In this document: positions 34,263 through 47,311 of the stretch, piece by piece
Numbering within the stretch: position 1 is the stretch's first letter
How the letters are laid out: each line of letters starts with the position of its first letter
Origin: Hyaloraphidium curvatum SAG 235-1
Lineage: Eukaryota; Fungi; Monoblepharomycota
Direction of reading: 5' to 3'
Assembly: GCA_025558095.1 (NCBI GenBank)
Contig: JAIVFI010000007.1
Span: forward strand, 806,001 to 870,000
DNA: 64,000 nt
Notes under the pieces: model-generated
The model's database searches: none
Told to the model about the DNA's origin: nothing
Seen by the model: only the letters and a program-made list of their open reading frames with translations
Translations under genes and position numbers: made by a program

Positions 34263-35381
34263 ATGGATCCCGCGCCCAGGTGAGCCCTACATTCGCCGAC
34301 GCACCGCACGCCTCTCAATCGGCCTCGCCCAGCAACCCTGCCGCGACGCCCGCCGCCCAGCCCCCGGCCCCTGCCCGGAACATGCCCGGAAACGGCACGC
34401 CCGCGCAGACGGTTGCCTCCAGGTAAGCACGCCCGCCTGCCGGCGCCACGGGCCTCCTCCTGACGTTCACGCCCGCAGCGCCCCCGCCCAGCTGAACGCA
34501 GCGCTCACCCCCCAGCAGTCGGCCCAGCCGGCGCCCCGCAACGGCGTCGCCCTGCTTCAGCCCCCCATTGCGGTACCTGCCCCCCCCGAAGGGAGCTGGG
34601 CCGCGCAGGCGTGCGGCCTCATCGCGTGGGGCAGCAACCGGGACGCTGCCGAGGCAGGTGACCCGCCGCGCCGCCAAGACGTGCTGCTGACAAGCGACGG
34701 TCCGCGACGCAGATCCGCCAGCTCAAGGGGACGCTCGCCGCCAAGGAGGCCGAGAACGCAGGGCTCGTGCGCGACCTGGGGCGGGCCAACGCGGCCGCGA
34801 CCGCGGCGAAGAACGACAAGATCAAGGCCGAGGCGAGCAACGTCTCCCTCGAAAGCAAGGTCCGGAAGCTCGAGAGCACGGTCGGCAAGCTCGAGACCAA
34901 GGTCCAGGAAGGCGAGAAGGCAGCCTCCGCCGCCAAGGCCGAGTCCGAGAAGGCCAAGGCCGAGTCCGACAAGGCCAAGGCCGAATTGCACAAGGCCAAC
35001 GTCGAGGCGAGCGAAGCCAAGGCCGAGACCGCCGCCCTGCGCTCCGAGAAGGACGAGCTCCTCAAGCTCCTGGGGCCGCTCGCGGCCGCCTACAACCGCA
35101 TCCAGCGCCGGCCCGCCGCCCTGCCCGCCACCCCGCCCGCGGACCCCGCGACCCCGGCGGCATCCCCCGCGCCTGCCGGACGCGGCGCCGCCACCGCCAC
35201 GCCGGCGAGCGAAGGCGTGCGCACCGCGCTCGAGACGTTCGACCGGCTCCGCGCCGCCCCCAACAAGAGGCCCGCCCAGCTTGCCCGCGTGTCTGGCAGG
35301 GCGGTCGTGTCCGACAGCGAGGACAGCGACGACGAGGGCCCCCGCAAGAAGGCAAACACCGGCGGCGCGGGCAAGAAGTAG
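34263..35381 (+). CDS. Micro-exon coiled-coil family, copy 5
   Basis: ATGGATCCCGCGCCCAG|GTGAGC. LAAKEAENAGL coiled coil with KAESEKA repeats, VVSDSEDSDDE, PRKKAN NLS. Confidence 0.68.
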
Positions 35382-36486
35382 GGAGCTTCTAGGCGGGTTC
35401 GATGTGCCAGGATTCATTCAATTTCGTGTCGTTCCGTGACGTGCGACGAGCATCGCGCCGGGGACGGCCGGCACCCGTCCCGCCCGGCGTTGCCTGTCTT
35501 GTGAATGTCGGCTTCGACGACTCCACGGAGCCATGGTGAGGGGATCGGGGTTCGCCTCCCCGCCACGGCAGGCGTCCATGTCCACGTCCCGTGTCGCGTT
35601 AACTCCTTTCGGGCACGTCCTCTAGGGCACTCCATTCGTTATCCAGTCCAATGCAAGTGTTTGCCAAGGCAAGGACGCCGCGCCGGGCGCGATGTCCCCC
35701 GAAACGCGGCCGAACGGGTCGGCGCCCGGCACACGCGCAGCTTCCGCTCGGCCGACAGGGGCGCGCGGCGAGCGCGAGCTTCCAACGCCATGGCGGATTT
35801 GTGACGGAAAGGGGGGAAGAATGGGACGTCCGTGACGCGACGAGAGCATGAAGTGACGGGGCATGAGGCGAAGATGCCGCGCGAATGAATGGCATGGCGC
35901 ACGGCGTGCCCAATCCATTCGTCTGGCGTCACACGAGACCAACAAATTGGAAGTGCCGTAACTTGCTTGTGGAGTCGATCCTTCGGCTGCTGATAACATG
36001 GGCCTGGCATTGCACTGCCGAAGCCGTTGGACTGACAACGGGCAATAGAAGCCGTGGCGGAGCTTACAAATGGGACATGCACCGCGGGATCAAACCAAAT
36101 CAATTCATTCTCCAATCTTCTAGCACTAGTTTACGTCAGGGCAACGCCCGGGAGCACGGGAGCCCCGACCATACATTGGCCGATCGTTTCCGCGACAACG
36201 TTTCGTGCCCGCGAAGCGAATGTCTGTGGATTCGCCCCCCAGATCGATGATGAAATGCAATGCGTCCCTTGTCGAACGGGAAACACAGCGGATTGGACTG
36301 GTCAATATGGAATGGAGGCATTGAAAAGAATCGCGAGAGCGAGGACCCTTCATCTGCGAGCTCCCAGAACCAACTGTGATCCCAGTCCCGAACGACGACG
36401 ACGAGCCGTCACGACGATCCTCGATCACGAGGCACGGACCAACCCCGGCACGCAGCGCATCGCCCCCGCCCGGATCACCTCCCGAC

Positions 36487-38046
36487 ATGGACGGCACGCC
36501 GAGGTGAGCCCGTGTCGGCCGGAGCGCCGTGCCGCCGACGCCCTCTCAACTGGTCCCGGACAGCATCCCCGTGAACATGAACGCCATGCAGGCCCCACAA
36601 TCCGGTCACGACGGTATCACGACGCCTGCCGGTTCGCCGCCGGAGCCCGCCGCCGTCATCGAGCAGTTCGGAGGGGACCAGCGCCGCTCGGTCGACCGCC
36701 TCGTCGCCGGACTGCGGGCCTACTACGAGCCGCAGCTCCGGCAGGCGCGGCAAAGCGACACCGAGGTGGGTGTGCTCATCTGCGTGTCGGAGAGGGCAAA
36801 GAGCTAACCGCGAGCTCGCAGGCACGCCGCAAGCTCGGCGAGGAGGAGGGCCGGTCGAAGGAGCTCGCCGAGCAGCTGGGCGAGACCCAGCAGGTCGCCG
36901 CGAACCTCCACATCCAGAACGGGGATCTCAAGAAGGAGAACGACGGGCTTAAGGCCAAGGTCCGCGACGGCGAGGCCGCTGCCGTCCAGAAGGAGGCCGA
37001 GATCGAGCGCCTGCTCGCCAAGTACAACCGCCTCCAGACGAAGTACGAGAACCTCGAGAACGGCATCAAGGGCACCTTCGGCCACATCTTCCAGACCAAA
37101 CAGGGTGGTCGCGCGGGTTCCGCCGGCCCCGCCGCCGAACCGGTCACGCCGCGCTCGGAGCCCGCCGGCCGCGAGGAGCTTCGCGCTTCCCCGGCCCCTT
37201 CCGAGCCGGGCGCCCCGGAGCAGCGAGCCTCTCCCTCGCTTTCGCCCCCGCCCCTTGCCAGGCTCGCCGAGCCGCGGCCTGAGAAGGATCAGGATCAGAC
37301 CGCCAGGGCCCCCTTATCCCCCTCAGCCGCAATCGACCTCACGGGCGGAGACGACAACGGCGATGCTCCCGAGGCGTAAGAACGCCGCACAATCCTGCCG
37401 GCCGGCCGAACTGATCCGAAACTGTGACCCCGGCAGCGCCAGCCCGCAGAGTGCCACCCAGTCGCCCGCCAAGTTCGGCCCGACCGAGATCATCGAGGGC
37501 GCAATGAAGGAGGCGCACGCCCACGACCCCGCAACCCTCGAAATCCGGCTCCGTCAGCTCAGGGAAAAGGGGCCCGTGCGCTACGCCATCTGGAACAAGT
37601 GGCGCTTCCTGAAGGACAAGGCCTCGCTCTCCGAGGCCAAGAAGAAGGAGAAGCTCGTTGCCAGGTTCAGGGCCAAGTTTCCCCAGCTCTGGCTACGGTA
37701 CGACCCGTCCACGGAGGCCACGGCGGGCGACAACGAGCTTGCGGCCAGCGAGGCGCTCCAGCGGCGCGGCGTCATGAGCACGGCGGCCGAATCGGCCGAT
37801 GCCGGCGATGCCGATGGCCCCAGCGCCCAAGCCGAGGAGCGTGCCGCCAAGAGGCGCAGGGCGGCGTTCGCCGCAAGGGGCACCGAGATGGTGTACAGCA
37901 GCGACGTCGAGGAGTTCGAGGCCGGGAGGTCGGGCGGGGAGGGGGATAGCGACGGCGAGTTCCTGCCCGCCTGCGAGCAAGGCGAGGAAGACGAGGGGGA
38001 GGAGCGCAGCAAGAGGGCCAGGAGGGAGCCGAGCGACGCGCTCTAG
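36487..38046 (+). CDS. Micro-exon coiled-coil family, copy 6 (mosaic)
   Basis: ATGGACGGCACGCCGAG|GTGAGC. N-terminal half near-identical to copy 3. AIDLTGGDD; C-terminal domain GPTEIIEGAMKEAHAHDPATLEIRLRQLR..FPQLWLRYDP as in copy 7. KRARR NLS. Confidence 0.75.
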
Positions 38047-38511
38047 GTTCCGATTTGTATGGTCCGTCCTTTCATGTCAATCGATGTCGTCGTTCAGGTG
38101 CCGACACGTCCACGAAGACACGGGTCCTCCAGCAATTCCCCGTAACGTCGCGTCCGGGCGACCACGGCTTGTCTATGGCGCGCGTCGCTGGAGTACGAAT
38201 CGAAACCCGCAGCGACGTCGCGTGATTGCGGTTCTCCAGAGATGCTCTCGTCCCGGCGAAATGGAGGACGCGTCCAGCGGAGCCACGTGAATTGAGCAAA
38301 CCGCAGCGAGATTGACTCAAGACTTGACTCAAGGATCCTTTCGAGCTCGTAGACTCAATTCATTCGGGTCTCGGCCCGGTCTGGGTGACTGTTTAGAGAG
38401 CGTCGCGTGGAGAGAATCTGGGGCCCACCTGAATCCCCCTTCAAATCTTCGCCGCCCTCGCGCTCGAATCGCTCTCGAACCCGCCTCCGCTGAGACGTTC
38501 GAGACAATGGG

Positions 38512-39561
38512 ATGACTGCCGTTGTGGGCAAAGTGCGCAGGGTCTCGGACAGGGAGGCGGACCTCGTCGAACGAGCCCGCGCGCAGTTCGAATGCAGCGT
38601 CTGTTTGGAGCCCGCATGGCCGTACAAGGAACCCCGAATCCTGCCATGCTCCCATGTTTTTGACCGCGCATGCATCGAGCGCGTTGTTCGGCACTCGGAG
38701 CAGGGCGGGGCACAGGTGCACGGCTGCCCCGAGTGCATGGAGCGGTTCGCGGGGGCCCAAGTGAAGGTTGGACGGAATCCCTGCGGGTCGAGGACGTGCC
38801 TGACTTGTTCTCCAGGATCTCAGGGAGAACGCTTTCGCCTGGCGGAGTCTGATGAAGCTGCCGGTCGCGTGCCCTCTGGGTTGCCCCTGGGAGGGGGACG
38901 TGGGGGATTTCGACACGCACTTCAACTCGTGCCCGGAGGCTCAGTGCACCACGTGCAGCTCCGCAGTCAAACTGCCGGCCACCATGGAGGTGCGTGGCGC
39001 TCGGTGCGGGATTCGTGGGCGATTTCGACCTGACTGGCACTCGAACTTAGGACCACTATCCTGTCTGCCCCAGGGTGCTCGTTCCGTGAGTTCCTTTTCG
39101 AAGTTCCCCCTGCGGACCGCGTTCCTGCAAGAGCCGGATTGGAGTACCTTGTGCGGGAGAAGTTCTGGGCCGGCCCGTTCCGCTTCACCTTTGGAGCCTT
39201 CATCGGCGGCGGGACCGTGCAGGCCGGCGTCCTCCTGGACGACCAGCGCCTCCGTTGGGCCACGATACGCTTTGCTGCGCTGGCTGTCGACCCGGTCGGC
39301 TCGGGAACTGCCGTGAGGTCGTACCCGATTCTGCTTGGAGACGACCGCAAAATCCAGCCGGTCGTTCTCGCCGCGCTGACGAACGACACCGTCTTCGAGT
39401 TCCGCAACGGGGTCAGATGGCTCAAGGTGGACTTTCGCGTGTTCCTCCAGGACTGGCAGCTGGCGGCAGACGCGCCCACCGAGCATAATCGCGTCGAGTC
39501 GAGGATCCTCTGGCGAAGTGAACTAGTGGAAGCAGGGGACTGGCAGTACGTCCCATTCTAG
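38512..39561 (+). pseudogene. RING/TRAF-like E3 ligase paralog with internal deletion and frameshift
   Basis: RING FECSVCLE..EPRILPCSHVFDRAC..CPEC and CPLGCPWEGDVGDFDTHFNSC are intact. Exon 3 DHYPVCPRVLVP stops at TGA 39087-39089. The C-terminal domain (EFLFEVPP..FWAGPFRF) follows in another frame. Confidence 0.7.
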
Positions 39562-39730
39562 CGTGGCAAGGAAGCGACGAGGGTGGTTCGACTTGGAATG
39601 GCACAGGATCTTTGGTTGGGAAACGCCGATGGATTGTCCATGTCCTTGCAGCGCCTCGCCCCTTTGCCCCCCTCGCCGGCGCCCCGCGCCGCCGGTATCC
39701 CCCGTTTCCCGGTCCTCCCGAGGAACTCCC

Positions 39731-40709
39731 TCACGGCTGCGCCAGCACGATGTCCACCGGCAGCCCCGCGCTCCGCCCGACCTCCCAAAGCGTCGTCAGC
39801 TCGATCTTCTTGACCTCGAACCGCGCCTCCTCCAGCGCCCGCCACGCCCAGATGGGGCGCGCGGACTGCTGCGCCGGGAAGGTCCTCTGTCGATCCACAC
39901 GGTGTCGAATCGATGATCACGATCGAAGGGGAAGGGAACCCACCGCCATCCAGTCCCAGACGGGCCCCATCCCGCCCTGCCCCCCGCCGCCGCTCTCCTT
40001 CCTCGCCAGAGACACCACCACGATCCTCCCCCCCGGCTTGAGCACCCTCCGCACCTCGGAGAGCACCGCAGAAATCTCCTCGGGGGTGAGGAGCTCCAGG
40101 ACAAAGGAGGAGAAGACGGCGTCGAAGGCACCGGGAGGGAAGGAGGGGAGGACGGTCATGGCGTCGCCGATCCTGGAATTCGGGGTCAGGAGCGGTTCGA
40201 GGGAGGGCGAAACGGAAGGCCCACTTGAGGTCGGCGCGTTCCTCGTAGCCGAGCGAGCGGAGCTTCTCGTCGGCGATCTTGGCCATCTGGCCCGAGATGT
40301 CGAGACCGGTGACGCGGCCCGTTTTGCCGACCGCTCTTGCGATCTTCCGGACATTCAATGCGCGGGATTCCACGTCAACGGCGATCAACTGCGCTGCCAT
40401 TCAAGGCCCGCACCTGTATGAGCGCGTTCCCGGTTCCATAGCCGATTTCGAGCACGTGCTCCCCCCTCGCCGGCTCCAGTATATCCACGCCCCTCTCCCG
40501 AATCGGCAGCCGCGTCGCCGTGGACTTGTCATAGGCCAGCCTGGGACCGCGGGGGATCGTGACTGGGGCCCCTGCCAGACGGGGCGGAGCCGGACCCACG
40601 CGAGCGTGTTGAAGAAGGAGCGGACCTCGTCCTGCCGCCCGTTTGGGCCGCCACCCGGAGCGGCGGACGATGGTCGCGGGAGCGAAATGATGGACGCAGC
40701 GCCCGCCAT
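39731..40709 (-). CDS. Class I SAM-dependent methyltransferase (UbiE-like), multi-exon
   Basis: [49 protein letters not shown]. Confidence 0.85.
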
Positions 40710-41271
40710 GATCCGTCCGCGAGGAGTGTGGGTTTGTTGGTTTGTCGCCGGTTAGGGGTTTTGCCTATGCTCCGGAAGTTTAGGCTGGTGCGGAGCCCCC
40801 GCTTGTTGTGGCCTCGCAACCGCCGAAGACGCACACCGCACACCGCGCCGCCGCCGCCGCCCGCCTCGGAGAGCTCCGCGGGCGTCCATTGGGCCGCGTG
40901 CGACGCCGGTGGAACGGCCCCGATCGGCGCCGCGGACGGCCGCGACCGGCGCGTCGGCCAAACAGCAAACAGGCCGCGGCGCATTCTGTTCCGCGGAGGC
41001 CGCACGGAGCGGAGCCGCCGGCGGAAGCCAGCTCTGAGAGTGTTGTTTGAGCGGGGAACTCGGCAGCCGGGGCCCGGGACTGTTTGGCACGGAGGCCCCG
41101 CCGCCGGTGCATGGAGGCCCGGCCGTGACAGCGCCCGCACACCGATCGCCGAGCACGGCCGCCCCTCGCACGGAGCAGCTCGCAGCAGCCGCTCTGCAGC
41201 CAGCGGCGCCGCTTCCCCCGACCCGCCGCCCCCTCCGCCCGGCGCACCGCTCGCCGGCACCCGGCAGCCCG

Positions 41272-43372
41272 ATGAGCGGTAACCGCGCCCGCCCCTCCTC
41301 GTCGGCGACGGACAATTCGCAGCGCTCGCCGCAGAGCGCAGTCGCACCATCGCAGCCCGCCTTCTCCCCCTCGACCGAGACCGCCGTCGCCGCCGCGAAG
41401 CACCAGCGCAGGCGCTCGGCCAACTCGGCCGCGTCGGCAAAGACGACGCAGACTTGGCACACCCTCGAAAACTTCCTGGGAGCGCAGGCCCAGAACGACA
41501 AGCAGAAGGGCTACGCAAGCTCTGTCCGCTCGACCGCAACCGACGGCGCCATCGACGAGGCCGGCGAGTCGGACGTGGAGAGCAAGGGCAGCGGCAACAC
41601 GACCAAGTCAAAGTCCAGCACCGCCTCGTCGGCCACGGCCGTCGCCCTCAACCAGCCCATCATCATCCTGGACGGGAACGGGAACCCGATCCCCCTCGAG
41701 GGGATGGCGGGGAAGGAGGAGCAGAGCATGGGCTCCAGCATGACCTCGAAGGACGGCGAGAACTTCGAGTACCCCCCCGAGCGGGAGTACCGGACCCCGT
41801 TGACCATGTTCCTGATCGGACACTTCTGGATCGTGCACCTGCTCGTCATCTGCGGCATGAGCTGGGTCATGACCTTTTACGTCCCTCAGGTGGGCTTCGT
41901 CGCATGCAGTGCGCACCGCAGCCACCTGATCCTCACCCTCCCCGCCCCTCCACGCAGTTCTACATCGACGATGAGATGTGGAACACCGGGTGCTGGTGGA
42001 AGATTGGCTACCTGCTCCCGCTGCCGTATACCCTCGTCTGCTTCGTCGGCTTGATCCTGCCCTTCCCCATCCCGCGCAAACCCGACGCCGTCATGGAGCG
42101 CATGTTCAAGCAGCGCGAGGTGGACAACCTGTACGTCGTCATCGTCACCAGGGGCTCCAACAAGGAGGCAGGTCGCACGCACCCGGTTCCGCATCCAGCG
42201 CTGACCTCTCGCCGCCCAACCAGGCCGTCTACCGCTCGTACCACTCGATGCTCCACCTCGAGGACGTGCACCCCTCGGTCCGAGTGCACGTGCTCACGGA
42301 CGAGCCCTACAACTACCCGGACATCAACTGCTGGTCCTGCCCCAAGGCGTTCACCTCGGGCAAGTCCAAGTACAAGGCCCGCGCGCTCGAGTGGTACCGC
42401 AAGACGCTGAAGCTCACCGAGCGCGACTGGGTGCTGCATCTCGACGAAGAGAGGTGGGATCGGTGCGCATTTCCGCGCGGATCGCGGCTGACTTGCTTCC
42501 CCAAAGTGTGATCGACGCCTACGGCGTCCGCCGCGTGCTCGAGTTCATCTGGTTCACCAACTTCGACATGGGCCAGGGCCCCATCTTCTACAACCAGCAT
42601 CGCTACTGGACCAACCCGTTCTACACCGTCGGCGACGCCATCCGCGTCGGCGACGACCTGTCGCGGTTCCACCTGCAGTACAACTACTTCCGCCGGCCCT
42701 TCTTCGGCGCGCACGGATCGTTCCTGCTCAACAACGGCAGGGTCGAGAACGAGGTCACGTGGGACCTGGCGTCGCTGACGGAGGACTTTGAGTTCGCCGT
42801 CAACGCGTGGGAGAAGGGGTTCAAGTGCGGCGCGGTGCCCGCGATCATCAGGGAGCAGAGCCCGCAGCGGCTGATCGACTTCCTGAAGCAGAGGCGGCGG
42901 TGGGTCTCCCCTTTGCTCTTTGTTCTCCTCGATCGGCGCTGACCCCGTCCGCGCAGGTGGTACGTCGGCATCCGCCGCCTGCCCCGGTTCCTCCCCAAGC
43001 TCTGGGCCTTCTTCTGGACCCTCGGCACGCTGGCCCTGTACTTCACCGTCGCATCCATCTTCCTCGGCATCTTCATCCCGATGGGCACGCCCCGCTGGCT
43101 CGGTGCGATCAAGGACTTTATCTTCGTCACGTTCGTCTACCTCTACGTCCTCGGTGGGCATCCACTCGCACCTCCGCCACCGACTCGGAGCGCTGACCAT
43201 CCCCGCAGGCGTCTTCATCCAGGACATCGACTACGGCTTCTGGACCATCCGCGCCATCCTGCAGATCCCCGTCGTGATCGTGATCCAGTTCGGCTGCGTG
43301 GTGATGGAGTGCGTGGCCATCATGTACGCGCTCGTGTCGCCGCCGCAGGGCTTCGACATCATCAAGAAGTGA
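41272..43372 (+). CDS. GT2 glycosyltransferase, Egghead/BRE-3-like beta-1,4-mannosyltransferase
   Basis: YKARALEW, WVLHLDEE, GQGPIFY, DAIRVGDD, HGSFLL, LTEDFEFA, EQSP..DFLKQRRRW (QxxRW), flanking TM helices. About five introns. Confidence 0.87.
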
Positions 43373-43469
43373 GGGATCGGCGACGGGGATGCGGGGACTA
43401 GAGATAGAGGGGGCTGTATAGTATGGGAGGTGTACGCACGCAATTGATTCCGAAATCACTCCATGCCGT

Positions 43470-44776
43470 TTATATCTTCGGCTTCGGCGGGCGGAGCCGA
43501 GGGCCGACGACGATCAGTCCGCGGTCCCGCTGTTCCGTGAGCCATTCCCGCATGCCCTTTGGCCGGACTTGGGGCCATCTGTCGCGGGGAGGCTCGGTCA
43601 ACCTGGAGAGGCCAATGCCGACTGCCAAGGCCCTACAGTTTGGTGTCGTTCAGCTTGGGATCGACCCAGTAGTGGTTGAACGCAATGAGCCTGGAGGAAA
43701 CAGGGGTAAGTCGGACCCGGCACGCCCGGCAAGCGAGACCAACCTCTGGTACTGCGGGTACTTGGATCTGTCGTCGACGGGGTGTCCGAGGGGATGCCTC
43801 TCGACCTCCACGGGCACGCCGACGATCTCCTCGAACATGCGGCGCTGCTCGCCCGTCTTCCACGACTCGGTGAAGATGCGGACGGTGCGGTTGCGGGATT
43901 TGGACTGGTCCGGGTCCGAGATCATGGCGGCGATGTAGGCGCCGATCTGTTGCAAGGGGGAGAAGATATCAGGAAGAGCCCTCGAGCAAGGTCAACATGA
44001 CTTACATCGTCCAAAGATATGGACATGACCTCGCCGGCACCGTCGGGTCCCACGTGAACCGAGATGGCTTTCTTGCCATCGAAATACCAGTCCAACGGGG
44101 CATTGCGCCAGATGATGTCGTAGTAGACGCCGGTCACGACGGCGGTGTACTCCAGCCCGCAGCGGATGGCCTCGTCGATGACGGCCCGTTTCCGCTTGCT
44201 TATCCGCCAGATCCGTTCCCGGGGAAGGTTCTCGTCGTCAGGCCCGTCTAATCGTGGCCATCAGTACTTGTAACAGCAGCCACGGAGGCCGGTTTGACCC
44301 ACATTGGGAAGGGAAGAAGCGGGTGACACCGGCTTTTGCCGAAGCCCGAACCAGGTTGATTTCCGAGACCTCGATCGCCTTCGGGTCCACGAGCGACAAT
44401 GCCGAGATGGTGCACTGAATGCCCGCGAGCGAGCCGGCGAGCTTGTCGACGTCCGAGTAGTCGACGGCCGCGTACCGAGCGCCAAGGCCGATGAGCTCGT
44501 CCGCGCACTCCCGCCGGTGTTTAGGCAGCTTCCGAGGCCAACTGTGAGTCAGAGAGATGCTCCTTCGATCAAAACTGATGCCGGCCCCACGTCTTTCAGC
44601 TCTCCCCGCCCTATAATGAGCACCTCCTCGAATGTGCCGGACTCCCGTCGGTTGAGCTCCAGAATCGCCTTTGCGATGTAATAGCCTGTCGTCAGCCCCG
44701 CATTCGGGTCGCCCTTTATCGCTCCTGCAATGCAGACGCGTCTGAGCGGGCCATCGTGTTTCCCTGGGGAGGGCAT
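43470..44776 (-). CDS. NmrA/isoflavone reductase-like NAD(P)-binding protein, multi-exon
   Basis: RVCIAGA..TGYYIAKAI, VDYSDVDKLAGSLAG, NLVRASAKAGVTRFFPSQ, GLEYTAVVTG, ISLDD|IGAYIA, ..WPQVRPKGMREWL..PKI*. Confidence 0.82.
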
Positions 44777-44885
44777 CGCGTGGGAGGCGTTCGCGGAAAG
44801 TTTGCCGCCGGTCGGTCGCAAGAACAGCAATCGAATCTTCTCGCAGCACGAATCTATCTAGATCCCAAATATAGGAACAACGACA

Positions 44886-47311
44886 TCAATAACGAGCCTG
44901 ATCTTCCCAGATTCCGAGCTCTTCGTTCCACCTCATCCCGCCCTTGCGCTTCAGAAACTCGAAAGCCCCGACCGCGACGCCCACCGCCGGCACGAGCCGC
45001 ACGACGCTGGTGCCCCAGCCCTTGTAGAAGCCGAGAAGGCCGTCCCGCTGCCACACCTGCTTCGCGCAGTCCCAGGTGGAGCTGTAGGAGAAGGGATGCA
45101 GCACGGTCTTTTGCGCCATCATCCTGGAGCGGACCAGCTGGAGCGGGTACAGCATGCTCTCGGCCAGCAGCGAGGTCACCATCGTCATGTACTGGAACGG
45201 GAGTTGGTCAGCTCGTGCTTGATCGGAACGGCGGGAAGAGAATACGCACCAGGACTCGCGTCGGGGACGGTGGCACATAAGTGCCCTCCTCGCTCTCGTT
45301 GTCGTCGAAGTACCGGTTCTCCAGCACTTCGTAGGCCGCATCCGAAATGGCTGTAAATGGAGTGAGAAGGGGTGTCCCAAAGGTTGATGACGGAAAAGTT
45401 CACTCACCGACATATGGCACCACTGACGCCAGACTCGCACCGAGGCCGGCATAGAATCCGCGCACCCCTTGGAACTGGTACACCTCCGACGCGGCTTTCC
45501 AAAAGGTATTTGGCCGCGAGCGCGCGCCTCGCGCCTCCAGAAGCCGAGAGAGCCGGGTCTGTACCCGCTTGGCCTCAACAGCAGGATCCACCGACGTCGA
45601 GAAGGATCGAGAGCCTCCGCCGGCTCTGCGGGGCCGATCGCGTCCGGGTCCGTCGCCGTCCTTGCCGACAGGAAACTTCGCCTTGTCGGCCGCCTCGGTC
45701 TTGGGAGCTGCTACTTTGGGCTTCGAGTTCGCGTTCGCCTTGTTCCCGCCATCCGAAGCCTTGGCGTCACCGGGCGGCGGTGGTCCTGCCTCCTTAGCCG
45801 GAGCAGTCTTCTTCACCTCCAAGCTCTTTATGGCCACGTTCTCGCCTTCGACGAGTCTCTCGACACCACTCATCATCCGCGTCCGGATCGTATCGAGCTG
45901 GGAAATGCCCAGTCAGCGGCGTGATGGGTTGACAAGGCGACGAGGGTACTGTACCGGGTGAACAAAGCACTGAGCCACCAGTCCGCTGATCGACGTCGCG
46001 AGAAGCAGGCCTGATCGTGGCAGAGCGTAGTAATCCTCGATGCCTTGACGCTGGGCAATGTGATACCGCGCAAGCCCCAGCGACAACGTCCGAACCGCCG
46101 TCTCCAGCGGTAGCTTCACCAAAGCCGTCGTGTTTCCGCGGAACAAGCCCCGCACCAAGCCTCCGTCCTTTGAAATGTACCGTACGGCTTCCTGAAAGCG
46201 CCGATAAGTCAATGCCCGGCCTTGAGACGTCAAGAGAGATGGCTGCGCTGGCGGTTTCGGCGCCTCGGCTCCAGTCTTTTCGGCAGCAGCAGCCACCCTG
46301 GCCCGGCGCCGTGCACGCCGCTCCCGCCGGCCTCCCGCGTCCACCAACTGCGCGCCTCCCAGCTGCCAGTACACTCTGATCCGATCCAGAGGAGCCGTAA
46401 GAGTCCGGGCAATAGCGGTGCTGGCCATGGCCGCAGCAACGATGCGGCCCTGGAGCTCCTCGGCGCGCGATGCCGATAGGGGCAGATTGATCATGTCCAT
46501 CCCGAAAACCGAGTAGCTGAGCGAGTAGATGTTCTCCTGGTACTTATAGATCTTCAGAAGGCCTTCGGCATCCGCCGTCGCACCGGGTGGAGCAAGGAGG
46601 AAGTGATCACGGAACTCTTGGAAGGTCAGCTGGGCAAGTAGGTGAGCCGTCTCGATGGCGCGCGACGAAATTGCAGCTTACCAGGCCATCTTTGCCTTCC
46701 TTCCCCATGAGGCTGTTGATGAAGGCTTCCTCCTCCAGGAAGCTCAAGTCGAGCTCCTCGCGAAGAGCGTGCCGGAGTTCTTCCTTGGAGACCTTGAAGT
46801 CGCCAGATATAGACGTGGTGTCACCTTCTTCACCATCTGGCCCGCCACTTCCCGAGTCCAGCATGGTGAAAAGGTTCCAGAGTTCCTGCTCCTTTGCCAA
46901 TACGAACGCCTCAAACTCCTCGTAGTCGAGCAGACCTTTGTCCTCGTCTCTATCCGCAAACTCCATTATCTGGGCCGACAATGTCCGTGCCGTGGTACTC
47001 GTCCGTCGCTTCCGCTTTGCCTCGGCCTCGGCCTTCTCGTGGAGCTCCCCGGTATGCCCCTCGTCGTGGGCCAGGTCCGCGACAGACGACCCGCTCCCCA
47101 GTCGCCGAAAGTAGTCCTCCAGCTCCGCAACATCGATCTTGCCGCTCCGATCGCGATCCATGGCATCGAAGAGCCTCTTGATCCGGGCCCGGTCCGACGC
47201 CAGGGAAAGCGATGGCGGCAGGGGGACCTTCGGCACGTCGGGCCGCTCCGGTTCCGGCGGCGCGGGAACAAAATCCGGCCGCACGCGAATGTCGTTCGGC
47301 CTAGGATCCAT
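44886..47311 (-). CDS. Ca2+-binding mitochondrial carrier (SCaMC/Sal1-like ATP-Mg/Pi carrier)
   Basis: EF-hands FDAMDRDRSGKIDVAELE and DRDEDKGLLDYEEF. Carrier repeats TAPLDRIR, GLFRGN, GFYAG, YPLQLVRSRM, GFYKGW. Confidence 0.88.

Noticed and set aside
35400-36340. AT-richer intergenic stretch (also ~32320-32930) as ncRNA or element remnant
   Set aside because: No tRNA/rRNA structure, terminal repeats or credible coding signal could be recognised by eye.
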